DNA of 58,740 bases from Clostridia bacterium (GTDB taxonomy: Bacteria; Bacillota; Clostridia; Christensenellales; UBA1242), in assembly GCA_017623705.1 (NCBI GenBank), contig JAGAOQ010000015.1:1-58740 (forward strand), in the 5' to 3' direction. Both the position numbers and the translations under genes were made by a program. Under the pieces are notes generated by a model. It made no database searches and was not told the DNA's origin. It saw only the letters and a list, made by a program, of their open reading frames with translations. Positions 31,125-41,850 of this stretch are shown here, one piece after another (positions within the stretch are counted from its first letter, which is position 1; the number at the start of each line of letters is the position of its first letter).

Positions 31125-31517
31125 TTAACGTTTATTACGAAAAAAAGCCACTAAAATGTTTTGTGCTTCATCGTTTAGTTGAAACTCAATCGGTGTTTGC
31201 CAATTAAGGTTAGTTGTCGACTTTGCCCCGACATAAACTTTTTGCAACCGAGCATTCAAAATTGCCCCCATGCACATTTGGCAAGGTTCTAATGTTACGT
31301 ACATTTCACAGCCGTTCAACCGCCAAGACTTTAATTTACGGCAAGCTCGATTCAAAGCTACGACCTCAGCATGCCACAAACAGTTACGTTTACGTTCACG
31401 TTGATTGTACCCTTTCGCAATGATTTTGTTATCCTTAACAATTACACAACCAATCGGCACTTCCCCATGACGTTCGGCAATCCGTGCTTGCTTAATTGCC
31501 TCTTGCATAAAATCCAT
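31125..31517 (-). CDS. tadA: tRNA adenosine(34) deaminase-like protein, shortened
   Basis: FMQEAIKQA, GEVPIGCVIV, HAE, WRLNGCEMYVTLEPCQMCMGAI, C-terminal FFRNKR; the probable ATG at 31517 overlaps the upstream TAA. Confidence 0.8.
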   Translation of the reverse strand: MDFMQEAIKQARIAERHGEVPIGCVIVKDNKIIAKGYNQRERKRNCLWHAEVVALNRACRKLKSWRLNGCEMYVTLEPCQMCMGAILNARLQKVYVGAKSTTNLNWQTPIEFQLNDEAQNILVAFFRNKR

Positions 31518-32593
31518 TACCATGTCCCCCACACAAAAGACAATAAGGTAATTACCGCACCAATTACAAAAACGAAAGTAAACAATGCCCGTTCCAATGG
31601 TCGCCCCTTTTGTGGTTCGTCAAAAGTTTCAATGTATGCTGCGGTAGCTTTCCACGTTGGCAATGTTTGCAAAGCACGAGTCAACGCAACTTTCAAACGA
31701 TCAAAATCTTCGACGCCAAATTGACTTTGTGTTGCTAAATAACGCACCGTATAACGGTCTAAATTACGCTTGAATTTATCACGAGCCATTAAACGGATAA
31801 TTTCCCCAATCACAACAACAACGACCAACAACGTCAATCCCAGCACTAAAACATTACTAAATAAATAGGAAACCAAGTTCATACCAGGCAAGTTAAGTTC
31901 TTCGGCAAAACTAAAATATGTTGCAATTGCGTTGTTAGTAAAATGCACAATTATGCTCCCCCACAAAGAACCCGATGACAATGCAACTACACCCATAAAC
32001 CAACCCAAGATTGTGGCGTAAAAAAACTGTCCCACATTCATGTGCATTAAACCAAAAAGTATACTGCTCCATAACAACGCCTTACGTACACCAAGTTGTT
32101 TAACCAAGCCGTTCAATAAAACACCACGGTGTAAAAACTCCTCACAAATGCCCGGTAGCACCGCCGTCAAAACTAGACTAATTAAAAGCCCCGAATAACC
32201 TGTAAACGCATTATCATTACTACTAAATTGATAACCAAAAGAACGTAACAACGAAGCAAAAATACTGGCAATAAAAATATTCAAAAGGTAAAGACAAATT
32301 CCTAAAACGAAACAGAGTGCTACGTTTTTCAAAGGCATACGCCCCCAGCCAGTATCACGACAAACTTGCCGAAGAGAAACTGGTTCACGATTAACTTTTT
32401 GTGCAACCAACAACATTAAACAAGGAATCCCCGCCATCACAACTAACTGTGGCAAAAGACTGCCAACGACTTCCAGCATTTGCTCTGACAGCCCATTAAA
32501 GCACCCTAATGAAGCCAATGCTTGCACCAACACCAGCAAGACAATCGCAGTTGTATAAACAATTAGCGTAGTTAAATAACGATTATTTTTCAT
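31517..32593 (-). CDS. CPBP/Abi (CAAX protease-like) intramembrane metalloprotease
   Basis: Multiple TM helices; PGICEEFLHRG, FGLMH and HFTNN motifs. Confidence 0.9.
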   Translation of the reverse strand: MKNNRYLTTLIVYTTAIVLLVLVQALASLGCFNGLSEQMLEVVGSLLPQLVVMAGIPCLMLLVAQKVNREPVSLRQVCRDTGWGRMPLKNVALCFVLGICLYLLNIFIASIFASLLRSFGYQFSSNDNAFTGYSGLLISLVLTAVLPGICEEFLHRGVLLNGLVKQLGVRKALLWSSILFGLMHMNVGQFFYATILGWFMGVVALSSGSLWGSIIVHFTNNAIATYFSFAEELNLPGMNLVSYLFSNVLVLGLTLLVVVVVIGEIIRLMARDKFKRNLDRYTVRYLATQSQFGVEDFDRLKVALTRALQTLPTWKATAAYIETFDEPQKGRPLERALFTFVFVIGAVITLLSFVWGTW

Positions 32594-33161
32594 ACTTGTA
32601 GATTCCTTTTTTGATTAAAAAAACAACTGCCAACGTGGTAACAATGGCTAGACTAATGGACCAACAAATGTTCCCAGCACTTAGATTAAATACGCCACTG
32701 CCTTCCCCAGCAAAATATGTATATGTTACGATAAAAGTGTTATTGATAGCATGGATTAAGATTGTCCACCCAATCTGCTTAGTTTTCAAAAAAATCCAAG
32801 CAAACCAAATTCCCATCAAGAGTTGATAGACTGTTTGCGACCATGACCCATGATAGAACATAAACACTACCGCACTAATTATAATAACACACCAATCTGG
32901 CATTTTCGCCAACTTTAATAAGTTACAAGCGACTAAACGGAAAATCAATTCTTCTAAAATTGGTACAAAAACGCCAACAAACACCAACGCCATAAAAAAG
33001 CCATGAGCAAATAAATCGGTGTCTGTTTGACGAGCTTCCAACCCCCAGCGAATAAACAATTCCGCACACAGATTTTGGAACATTAAATAACCAAACAAAC
33101 ACGCAAAAGCAATTACTACACAAACCAAAGCTGTTCGCAAATAATCCTTAACTTTTAGCAT
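32583..33161 (-). CDS. CPBP/Abi intramembrane metalloprotease (second, shorter copy)
   Basis: PILEELIFR, FMFYH and HAINN motifs. Confidence 0.9.
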   Translation of the reverse strand: MLKVKDYLRTALVCVVIAFACLFGYLMFQNLCAELFIRWGLEARQTDTDLFAHGFFMALVFVGVFVPILEELIFRLVACNLLKLAKMPDWCVIIISAVVFMFYHGSWSQTVYQLLMGIWFAWIFLKTKQIGWTILIHAINNTFIVTYTYFAGEGSGVFNLSAGNICWSISLAIVTTLAVVFLIKKGIYKYEK

Positions 33162-33182
33162 GTTTTCTAGTATATTATTAAA

Positions 33183-33971
33183 ATGCTAAAAATCCAAACG
33201 TTAAGTAGTGGTAGTGCTGGAAATATTACCTATATTGGAACTGACAATACAGGTATTTTAGTTGATGTCGGCTTACCGCTTTCGGCAACCTTAAAACTCA
33301 TGAGTCAAGCAAACATTGACCCACATTCAATCAACGGCATAGTGATTACACACGAACACAGCGACCACATTAAAGGTGTTGCTGATTATGTTTCACATTA
33401 CGAAGTCCCGATTTATTGTTATCACAGTAGCACCAACACCTTAAAGCGTTGCTTAAAACTACCACCCCACTATTTTCACGAAACTGATAATTCCTTTACA
33501 ATCGGCGACATTACTGTTAACAGTTTCCCTGTCCCACATGATAGTAATTTTTGTCTTGGTTATACATTTCAAAATGGCAACTCAACCGTAGGTATTGCCA
33601 CAGATATTGGACAGATGACCGAAACCATCTTTACCAATCTCGCCACCTGTCAAGTGGTAATTCTGGAAAGCAATCACGATGTCCAAAAACTTATGGCAAA
33701 TCCCAAATACCCTGACTGGTTAAAACGTCGTATTCTCGGCAACCGTGGACATTTATCTAACATTGACTGCGGACGCACGATTGCCAAACTCTACCAAGCC
33801 AACGTTGCCCAAGTCATTTTAGCTCATTTAAGCGAAAAGAATAACACTCCAACACTGGCATACCAAACAGTTAAACAATACTTACAATCACAAAACATAA
33901 CCGAAGGTAAAGATATTTTTATCGACGTAGCACTACAAAGTCAAATTGGAAATTGTTACTGTTTGGAATAA
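33183..33971 (+). CDS. MBL-fold metallo-hydrolase, YycJ/WalJ-like
   Basis: LSSGSAGN, ITHEHSDHIKG, VPHDS, ATDIG, LESNHD, YPDWLKRRI...GHLSN, LAHLSEKNN. Confidence 0.9.
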   Translation: MLKIQTLSSGSAGNITYIGTDNTGILVDVGLPLSATLKLMSQANIDPHSINGIVITHEHSDHIKGVADYVSHYEVPIYCYHSSTNTLKRCLKLPPHYFHETDNSFTIGDITVNSFPVPHDSNFCLGYTFQNGNSTVGIATDIGQMTETIFTNLATCQVVILESNHDVQKLMANPKYPDWLKRRILGNRGHLSNIDCGRTIAKLYQANVAQVILAHLSEKNNTPTLAYQTVKQYLQSQNITEGKDIFIDVALQSQIGNCYCLE

Positions 33972-33982
33972 TTTTAATTAAA

Positions 33983-36900
33983 TTATTTTGTTGTCATTTT
34001 ACTACGTAGGCGTAAGAAGACTAACACAGCCACACCGACAATCCCCAGTACCACCGCCAAGATAACGTACCCAAAAGTACTTTCTTGTTCGTTAATTGTC
34101 CAGCTATCCATGTAGACAGGATCTTCGTCCGCATCTTTTACAACCACACTATACAAACCAGCATCGGAAACGGTGAACAATTCTTGCGGATTAAAATTAC
34201 CACTGTTCAAAACACTACCATCAACGGTAACTTTTTCTTGTTCCACGAAGTTCTTGTATAGATAAATCGTTACTTTACCTTGTGCATGATACAACCAATA
34301 TGGATTGTAATAAAGTGTAACCGCACCTGTTGTTGCCGAACCACTACCACTGCTCAATACAAAATAATTACTTGCACTATTCGCTTTATGTTGGATATTA
34401 AATTTAACTTCATGCAAAATGTAATCTTGTAAAATGTTATTAAAAGTTTTCAAAGTAACAACATAGCTACCAGGATTATTGTCGGCATTAAATTCCATGT
34501 AATCGTTAACTTTAATATCGTCAAAATCATGAATCTTATAACCATCACGAGTTACCGATTCAACTTGAACATCTGGATAAATTGACATACTAAACGATTC
34601 TCGAATTGTATGGGCAGGAATAATTTGGAATAGATATTCAGCTTGTAAATCGTCGAGTACGTTTGCACTAATGCGATATGTTACTTTAACACGATAACTG
34701 CCACTATCACTCCAATAGAAAGTCGATTGGTTACCATTAACAAAAATTTCGTCAGTTACCGTTCCCGTCGAACCAGTATAAGTAACTTCCATTTTACTTA
34801 TGCAGAAATATTTGTTGAAGTATAATTTATCTTGTGCAACTTCACCAGCATAAAGTTTAGATAAGAACTTATTACCATAAGTAACTAATTTTAACTCGAC
34901 TTGGTCGTTGTAAATCATACCATTAACTGGTTGTTTTTCATTGATTAAAACCATTGGCTTTGTCATTACTATCAACATATAACGTTCTTGACGGTAACGA
35001 ACATCATTTTCATCTTCACTGTTACCAAAATACAAATGGTTACCTACAAGGTCATGTACAACAAATTCGTAGTAGCCAGCATCATAACGATTAACTGTGA
35101 AAACTTGATCAGCCCCATCACCATATAAAGTTTTTACCAAAGTACCATTATAATAACAGTCAACAACAATGATATTACCTTCAACCATGTAACATGGTAA
35201 ATTATTTTCATCACGTAATATATCTGGTACACAATGTAATTTTATATCAACTTTATCGTCATGAGCTTGCATAAAACTATCCTTAATCATGTGGAAAGTA
35301 GTTTGCGATGGAGTAATGATAAAGCGGCTATTACTTGAACCACCAACATTTGGGTTACCGTTCAAACTCAATGTAATTGCAGTACCACTGTTTAATTCAC
35401 CGTCAGTCACACCCGTAGTCGCAAAATAAATCGGGTTATCATAAATTGGCATGCCATTACTTTCACCCAACAAGAAAGCTAAACGCCAAACCAAAGTATT
35501 ATTCTCACGATCAAAGTAATAGTAATCAGTTTTCAATTCTGGATTACCAGCTAATACACGGTTGGTTTGTCCCACTCTAATATCCAAACCGTGTGATTTA
35601 TAATCTTCAATCAATTTACCATTACTATTTGTAGTAAACACATAGCGAGGGATATAAAGATATTCGTCAGTTTTCTTGGTATTAGGAATAAATTTATAAT
35701 CACTTGGACTAGCTTCGACTTCTTTTTCGTCGTCGTAAACCAAAACCAAAGTATCATCAATTTGGGCAATTTCAAAAGTATAAGTTGTTTCCGCCCAAAC
35801 TGAATTACGTAAAGTAACTTGATACTCACCAGCGTCCTTGAATGTGTATTTTGTTGTTCCTGGCTTTAAGGTTACATGTTCAACTTGATTATTAAATGTA
35901 CGAGTATAAGATACAATCACTGGGAAAGTTGTTGCTACTAAGCTATTGGAAATATCGAAACAAACATCACTAACAAAAACTTCACCCTCAACTTCGATGG
36001 CTTGATCGCTCGCATTTTTCCAATCCACACTCGGCAAACGAGTATCAAAAACAAATAATTGATCAAAAAGAATTGTTCCACTTGCACGACCAGTTGCTAC
36101 AATACGATACTGTTCAATCGTTGTCGCACCCGGTTTTGGAATAAAGGTATGATAAATCATGTCATTACTAATGAATGGCTGTAAATCTTTTAATAGATCC
36201 CCTGTTCCAGCATCATAAATCAAAACATTATAAGCAGTACGTAAATAACTAAATTCAACCCCACGTTCATCACCAGCATAAATTACACCGTCTTGCGTAA
36301 TAGTATTACCATGCACCGTAAAGTTAATTGTGCTTTTAACTTGTTGGTGATACTCAGTCATACTAACACGACCAAATGGATCCGTTACGGTAATGATTAA
36401 ATCATGCGTTACATCAAAACCTTGAATCGAAGTCCCGTGTAACGAGAAGTAAACTTCGGAAGAAACATCGTTGGTGGTAATATCTTGAACAGTCATTTTA
36501 TAAAGCGAAGATAATCCAGAATCAAACAAGATTTTTGGCAAAGTATTATAGTTAGTAATATCGGTCAAAATAACGTTACTACCAATCCCCGCTTGATAGC
36601 AATCCAACTGAATCTTTGGAGCTGTTTCACGAATATTATAGAATTCAAACGTTTCTTTTTCACCGATACGGTCATACAAAATATAGGAACACTTTACCCC
36701 ATTTTCCGTTGCTACGTTAATCCAATTATTCAACGCACTAACCAAGTTAGCTTCATTTTTAGGACCATTGCCAATATCGTTACCAATATGCCAATATGCC
36801 GTGCTACCTAAAACCATATAATAATCATCGCCATTTTCAAATCTAAATGAATTATTGTTCAAGAAGAACTGGTGAACACTAGATGCCGACACGTGCATTT

Positions 36901-39900
36901 CACAACCAATTTGAACTTCCTCGCTTTCTTCGGTAATTGCACCGATAAACGAAACATTATTTACATAATTAACACCCTGTACTTGAATCATGTAGTTAAT
37001 TGAATGTCCTGCATAGTCAGTTTCGGTAATTACATAATATTTCATTTCATTATCATGTAAACCAACTATTTGCGTAAACGGAACTTCGACTTCACCATCG
37101 GTACCCGTATACAATGGGAAACGTACAGCGGACAAAACACCTTCACCGCTATAATCAACTTCACGGTAAGTGATAGTTTCTGTATCTAAATAACGTGCTG
37201 TACCTTGTTCATTACCAAACACAAACGAGTTACTTAAACCATAAACATAACCACTTGGCAATTCTGCGTCATTTAACATTCGGGCTAAATTATCGCCGTC
37301 CTTAACACGTCCTAAGTTATAAGTTGGACGACTGGTATCAAACAAAATGACATAGTTAGTTGTTGCATTATCTTCGGCAACCAAACTTACCTGTAAACTG
37401 TAACCATCTTCAATCGCTTTACCACTCAAATAGTCTTGCATAATATGATATGAATATTGATTATCCTTTGGAGTTGGTACGGCAAATGTTACAGGTTGAG
37501 CAAAACCATTTGCAGTCCAACTTGCTGTTGTCGCTTGAACATCAATATTGGTAAACATGCTTGCTGGGTCGCTGGTAAAGCTAAATGTTAATTGATCAAT
37601 TTGTGCTGGATCAATAATACAATAATAACTTTCACCATCGTATTTCATTCTTGCCGTACTGATTACTTTATCATCAGCCACTTGAATCTCCGCCTTTGCT
37701 CCACGTGTCGTATCCAAATTTAATAACAAATAATCATAATTGGCACTGGTTGGAGCATTTTCATCATCTTTTAATTCGGTAATATTACCATTTACTAGCA
37801 TACAAGAAATATTACGGGCATCATCAGCAATAATCAGTTTATAGAAACCACTTTCATTTGCACTGACAGGATCACCGATTGACCAAACTCCACTACCTTC
37901 CCCTAATTGAATAATTTGATTATCGCTAACATAGCTGAAACGTGGTGTTAACGAAGGGAAATTGAAATTATAAGTACTAATTGCTGGATTCATATAAAAA
38001 TCGGAAACAAAATTGAAATTCATTTTGTCTTTATCAAACGCATAAACCGTACCTTCGTGTTTCCACGCATATTTACTGCTAAATCCATTAACCCAAGCAA
38101 TACGATCACTACTTAATTCGTTATTAAAATGATTGATAACCTTTGCGTCAGCAGTTTTAGCTTTTACAGCATTATTAGTATTAGCAAAATTTATTTTCAA
38201 AGCTGTTTGGTATGGATTATTCCCTTCTGCGTAATAAAGCATTTTTTGATTATCAACAATGAAATAATAATCACGAGTTGGTTGATCAGTACTTGGGGTT
38301 GATTTATAAGCACGAGTTAAAATATACATTCCCGATGGTGTTGTTGTATTAGTATTAAACAAAGCCAAACGCACCGTCTTTCCCGCATCAAGCTCTTGAT
38401 AACTGTAAATTACACCATCACCATCTTGATGAGCAAAAATTGATTTACCATTTACCGTAGGATTATTAACTTGCATATCCGCAAAAGGATAATTGGGATT
38501 AGGTTGGGTAGAATCAATCGACGACATTGTTTGATAAGTCAAAGGATAATATTGTAAATAAACTTTATCCACACACGAAGCTTCAAGATTGCTTTTTTGT
38601 TCAAAAGCGAATGAAACAAACGGACGGTTTGACATACCACCGGTAGTGTTTACTAAACTAGTATAAACACCAGGTTCATCGGTAATCATACCAAAACCTT
38701 TGTAATCATTTTCTGTTGAAATTGTAGGACGGTTTTTATCGGCATAAACTCGACCAAAACAACTATCGTGAGTTAACACAATATAATACTCACCCACGTT
38801 ACCTAATAAATCGGTTACACGGAAATAATACGTATTTTCTTCCTTCAAAATCATGTAGCCATTCTTAAATGCTTCATTCGGCACATCTTGGTATGCATTA
38901 CCTGCACAGCTATATTCCACCCTTGCTAAGCCAACGCTAATTGATGTTTGCCATCTGGTAATTCCCATGGTTTTTCGGCTATCATCAATTAAAACATTGG
39001 CGTTTGTCAACCCATCAACAAAGTTTTCAAAAGTCAAATAAATTGGAATTAGCTTTTTTACACCAAAACCCACATAAACACCAACTTCTTCATCAAAATT
39101 AACAATGTTAGTAATAATGTCTGCTTGTTCACCACTTTGAACAAAAGTTGGCGTGCTGTTATCAATAATTAACATAAATTGCGTTTCATTACCAACCGCA
39201 TCTACCAAAGTAAATAAATGCAATCCCGCTTGCGTAAACGTTTCGTCAATCGTCCAACCAGTTGCCGTTTTTACTGGAACATAGCCATTATTTGGTTTTG
39301 AAGATACAGTCGAAAATTGATATGCCGAATATAAATTTGTTAATTTTCGTAAATCGGCAGAATTATAAAGGTCAAAATAATTACGATCAAAGTTAGGATC
39401 AACGCCGTTGTTTTCTAACTTCATTTCGTAAAATTCATAAAGCACATTAGTAAAATCGATACCACTTGCTTTTTGAGCCCAAGTCAAATTAACGTCCCCA
39501 GCACCGACAACTGCGACATTATCAGGTAAACCAGCTAACGCACTCGCTGTTGTATTAGCTTTAATTCCTGTTGCCAAAGTGTCGTCTACAATAATATTGA
39601 AAATTGAATTTGATTTACTGTGTGCCCCGTATTTAACAGTTAAACGATATTGTCCACGGTTCAAATTAAAACTAAACGCACCATAATCACCAGCGGTAAC
39701 ATTTACATCATTGAACGTATAATCACCAAACGGAGCATACGATAACGACAAAGTTGGTGGTACTTCAAATTCACCGAGTGTACTGCTCCCCTCGTAGTTC
39801 AAGGAAACCTTATTTCCCATTACATTCAAATTACGATTTAATTCTAATTCACCCGCATAGTAAGTTTTTACGTTACCATACGCATCAGTTACATCAAAAG

Positions 39901-41845
39901 TAATTTTTGCCGAATTAACAATTTCGAAGAAGAAAACTTGTTGTGTAACTTTATTATTTACTTTGAAATAAACAGTAACAACATATTGCCCTGCTTCTTC
40001 AAACGGAGCTCCAACTTCCAGCGTAGAACTTTCCCAATCGCCAGAGTTAGTAACGCCATAAGCTGGCTTAAAAGCAACCGAAGACAAAACAACAGCATTT
40101 TCCCCATTCATACCAGCACCAGTCGCATGAGCTACGTTACCCACAATCTTAACTGGCGGAAAGTTAGTTCGTACAGGTTTAACGTTTTGCGTCGTTAAAT
40201 AATTTGCTAATTGATTAGAGTAATTCAAAGCATCACTAACACGCATGTTATCAATACTAAAACCAACTTCATTTACCGTCATATTTGAAGCACGAACTAA
40301 CGCAGAAATATCACTACTTGTTTTGGCATAATCACTGCTAAAAAACGGCAATGGACCATTATAAGCTTGATTAGTGTGTTGACCACCATAATAAGCTTGG
40401 AAACCTAAAACATTCAAAACGCTTTGATAAGTTTCAAAACGTTTTAATTTAACAAACCCGTGATCAACGCCACGATTTTTATATTCTTGTTCGTGCCCTG
40501 CTAAATAAGCATTGTAACATTGCAAAGCCGAAATCATTTGATACTCGCCAATGTTAAAGAATTTTAAGGCACGTTCGCTGTTACTTGGATCATTTTGTTG
40601 ATAAGTTTGATTAGTTTGAATTTGAACATCAAAATAATCCGCAGAATAATTGACTACCGGATATTCGCTTTCGTAAGAATAGTTATAAATTTCGGCATTA
40701 CCTTGTACACGATTTTTGGTATCAAAGCGTGGGAAATTTTGATAGTAAACTTTATTTACAATCATAAATTCAAACACAATGTTTAATTCTGCAAAAACAC
40801 CATTCCCTGTCGCTACTCTTTGTTTGAACGATATTTGGTAGAAACCTTGCTCTTGAAACATACCACGCAAAGCATTGCCATTGTATGCCACGGCACCAAT
40901 TTGGTAATTTGTCATTTGATTTTCGTATTCATTATAAACCGCAGTCCCCAGCAACGTTTGAGCTGTTTCTAAGGATACATTTTTAGCATCATAAATTTTA
41001 ACTTCCACACCATCACGAACAACACGATACAAAAGCACACCATTTTCATCATATAATTCAGTAGTTCCGTTTGCAATGGTTTCAACATTTTCTAATTGAT
41101 GAGTCAATGAATTAAAATTGTAGAGATAGTTACTATCACTGTCTTTAATGCGAACTTCATAACCATCACTCACACGTGAGTTAGGATTAAACGATACATA
41201 CAAAACAACATCATTGTTTTCAATTTTCACGTTTCGTGCAACCAACGAATGTTCCGGAATCCCCGCATAAACTTGGTCAGCAGGCAAATTCGCATCGACA
41301 CTAACAATCGCACCTTCTTGGTCCAAACTAACACCATCACGTGTAATTGATAAATTTGTCGGTACATTAGTCAAATTAGTTAATTCAAATAAAACAATAT
41401 CATCGTAGTTGTATGGGTCTAACATTATTACTGGAATATCAATACTTCGCCCTACCCCGGTAGCGATTGAACGCATTTCTGCACTAGTAAAAACAGGCGA
41501 CGGATACCCCTCATTACGTTTTTTTTGCAACTCCGCATAAGAACGTTTCGTGTCGGCATTCAAAAACTCCGTCAAAATACCACGGCTATAACGTTCTTCC
41601 AATAAAGTTAATTTGGTTTCTTGCCCTAATGTTACCGTTCCAGTATCAGCTTTATCAAAGGGAATTCTTTGGTACAAATCATCAAATGTTGGAATGTAAT
41701 CTGGGTCATTTACATAAATATCAGTACTTACTGCCCGTGAAGTAAAGTTTCGCCAGTCAATAACTAGACCAGTACAAAACAAAGCAAGAGCCATTGCAAC
41801 GCTCAAAACGGTTAGTGCAATAATCCTCCCACGACTAAACTTCAT
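33983..41845 (-). CDS. Large (2620 aa) membrane-anchored surface protein with bacterial Ig-like modules
   Basis: N-terminal signal/TM; repeated G.Y...DxxGN strands (LVDAVGNETQF, VTDLLGNVG, ETDYAGHS, VTDPFGRV, VHDLVGNH) and IDxxxP junctions; C-terminal TM plus basic tail (GYVILAVVLGIVGVAVLVFLRLRSK). Confidence 0.85.
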   Translation of the reverse strand: MKFSRGRIIALTVLSVAMALALFCTGLVIDWRNFTSRAVSTDIYVNDPDYIPTFDDLYQRIPFDKADTGTVTLGQETKLTLLEERYSRGILTEFLNADTKRSYAELQKKRNEGYPSPVFTSAEMRSIATGVGRSIDIPVIMLDPYNYDDIVLFELTNLTNVPTNLSITRDGVSLDQEGAIVSVDANLPADQVYAGIPEHSLVARNVKIENNDVVLYVSFNPNSRVSDGYEVRIKDSDSNYLYNFNSLTHQLENVETIANGTTELYDENGVLLYRVVRDGVEVKIYDAKNVSLETAQTLLGTAVYNEYENQMTNYQIGAVAYNGNALRGMFQEQGFYQISFKQRVATGNGVFAELNIVFEFMIVNKVYYQNFPRFDTKNRVQGNAEIYNYSYESEYPVVNYSADYFDVQIQTNQTYQQNDPSNSERALKFFNIGEYQMISALQCYNAYLAGHEQEYKNRGVDHGFVKLKRFETYQSVLNVLGFQAYYGGQHTNQAYNGPLPFFSSDYAKTSSDISALVRASNMTVNEVGFSIDNMRVSDALNYSNQLANYLTTQNVKPVRTNFPPVKIVGNVAHATGAGMNGENAVVLSSVAFKPAYGVTNSGDWESSTLEVGAPFEEAGQYVVTVYFKVNNKVTQQVFFFEIVNSAKITFDVTDAYGNVKTYYAGELELNRNLNVMGNKVSLNYEGSSTLGEFEVPPTLSLSYAPFGDYTFNDVNVTAGDYGAFSFNLNRGQYRLTVKYGAHSKSNSIFNIIVDDTLATGIKANTTASALAGLPDNVAVVGAGDVNLTWAQKASGIDFTNVLYEFYEMKLENNGVDPNFDRNYFDLYNSADLRKLTNLYSAYQFSTVSSKPNNGYVPVKTATGWTIDETFTQAGLHLFTLVDAVGNETQFMLIIDNSTPTFVQSGEQADIITNIVNFDEEVGVYVGFGVKKLIPIYLTFENFVDGLTNANVLIDDSRKTMGITRWQTSISVGLARVEYSCAGNAYQDVPNEAFKNGYMILKEENTYYFRVTDLLGNVGEYYIVLTHDSCFGRVYADKNRPTISTENDYKGFGMITDEPGVYTSLVNTTGGMSNRPFVSFAFEQKSNLEASCVDKVYLQYYPLTYQTMSSIDSTQPNPNYPFADMQVNNPTVNGKSIFAHQDGDGVIYSYQELDAGKTVRLALFNTNTTTPSGMYILTRAYKSTPSTDQPTRDYYFIVDNQKMLYYAEGNNPYQTALKINFANTNNAVKAKTADAKVINHFNNELSSDRIAWVNGFSSKYAWKHEGTVYAFDKDKMNFNFVSDFYMNPAISTYNFNFPSLTPRFSYVSDNQIIQLGEGSGVWSIGDPVSANESGFYKLIIADDARNISCMLVNGNITELKDDENAPTSANYDYLLLNLDTTRGAKAEIQVADDKVISTARMKYDGESYYCIIDPAQIDQLTFSFTSDPASMFTNIDVQATTASWTANGFAQPVTFAVPTPKDNQYSYHIMQDYLSGKAIEDGYSLQVSLVAEDNATTNYVILFDTSRPTYNLGRVKDGDNLARMLNDAELPSGYVYGLSNSFVFGNEQGTARYLDTETITYREVDYSGEGVLSAVRFPLYTGTDGEVEVPFTQIVGLHDNEMKYYVITETDYAGHSINYMIQVQGVNYVNNVSFIGAITEESEEVQIGCEMHVSASSVHQFFLNNNSFRFENGDDYYMVLGSTAYWHIGNDIGNGPKNEANLVSALNNWINVATENGVKCSYILYDRIGEKETFEFYNIRETAPKIQLDCYQAGIGSNVILTDITNYNTLPKILFDSGLSSLYKMTVQDITTNDVSSEVYFSLHGTSIQGFDVTHDLIITVTDPFGRVSMTEYHQQVKSTINFTVHGNTITQDGVIYAGDERGVEFSYLRTAYNVLIYDAGTGDLLKDLQPFISNDMIYHTFIPKPGATTIEQYRIVATGRASGTILFDQLFVFDTRLPSVDWKNASDQAIEVEGEVFVSDVCFDISNSLVATTFPVIVSYTRTFNNQVEHVTLKPGTTKYTFKDAGEYQVTLRNSVWAETTYTFEIAQIDDTLVLVYDDEKEVEASPSDYKFIPNTKKTDEYLYIPRYVFTTNSNGKLIEDYKSHGLDIRVGQTNRVLAGNPELKTDYYYFDRENNTLVWRLAFLLGESNGMPIYDNPIYFATTGVTDGELNSGTAITLSLNGNPNVGGSSNSRFIITPSQTTFHMIKDSFMQAHDDKVDIKLHCVPDILRDENNLPCYMVEGNIIVVDCYYNGTLVKTLYGDGADQVFTVNRYDAGYYEFVVHDLVGNHLYFGNSEDENDVRYRQERYMLIVMTKPMVLINEKQPVNGMIYNDQVELKLVTYGNKFLSKLYAGEVAQDKLYFNKYFCISKMEVTYTGSTGTVTDEIFVNGNQSTFYWSDSGSYRVKVTYRISANVLDDLQAEYLFQIIPAHTIRESFSMSIYPDVQVESVTRDGYKIHDFDDIKVNDYMEFNADNNPGSYVVTLKTFNNILQDYILHEVKFNIQHKANSASNYFVLSSGSGSATTGAVTLYYNPYWLYHAQGKVTIYLYKNFVEQEKVTVDGSVLNSGNFNPQELFTVSDAGLYSVVVKDADEDPVYMDSWTINEQESTFGYVILAVVLGIVGVAVLVFLRLRSKMTTK

Positions 41846-41850
41846 TTGTA

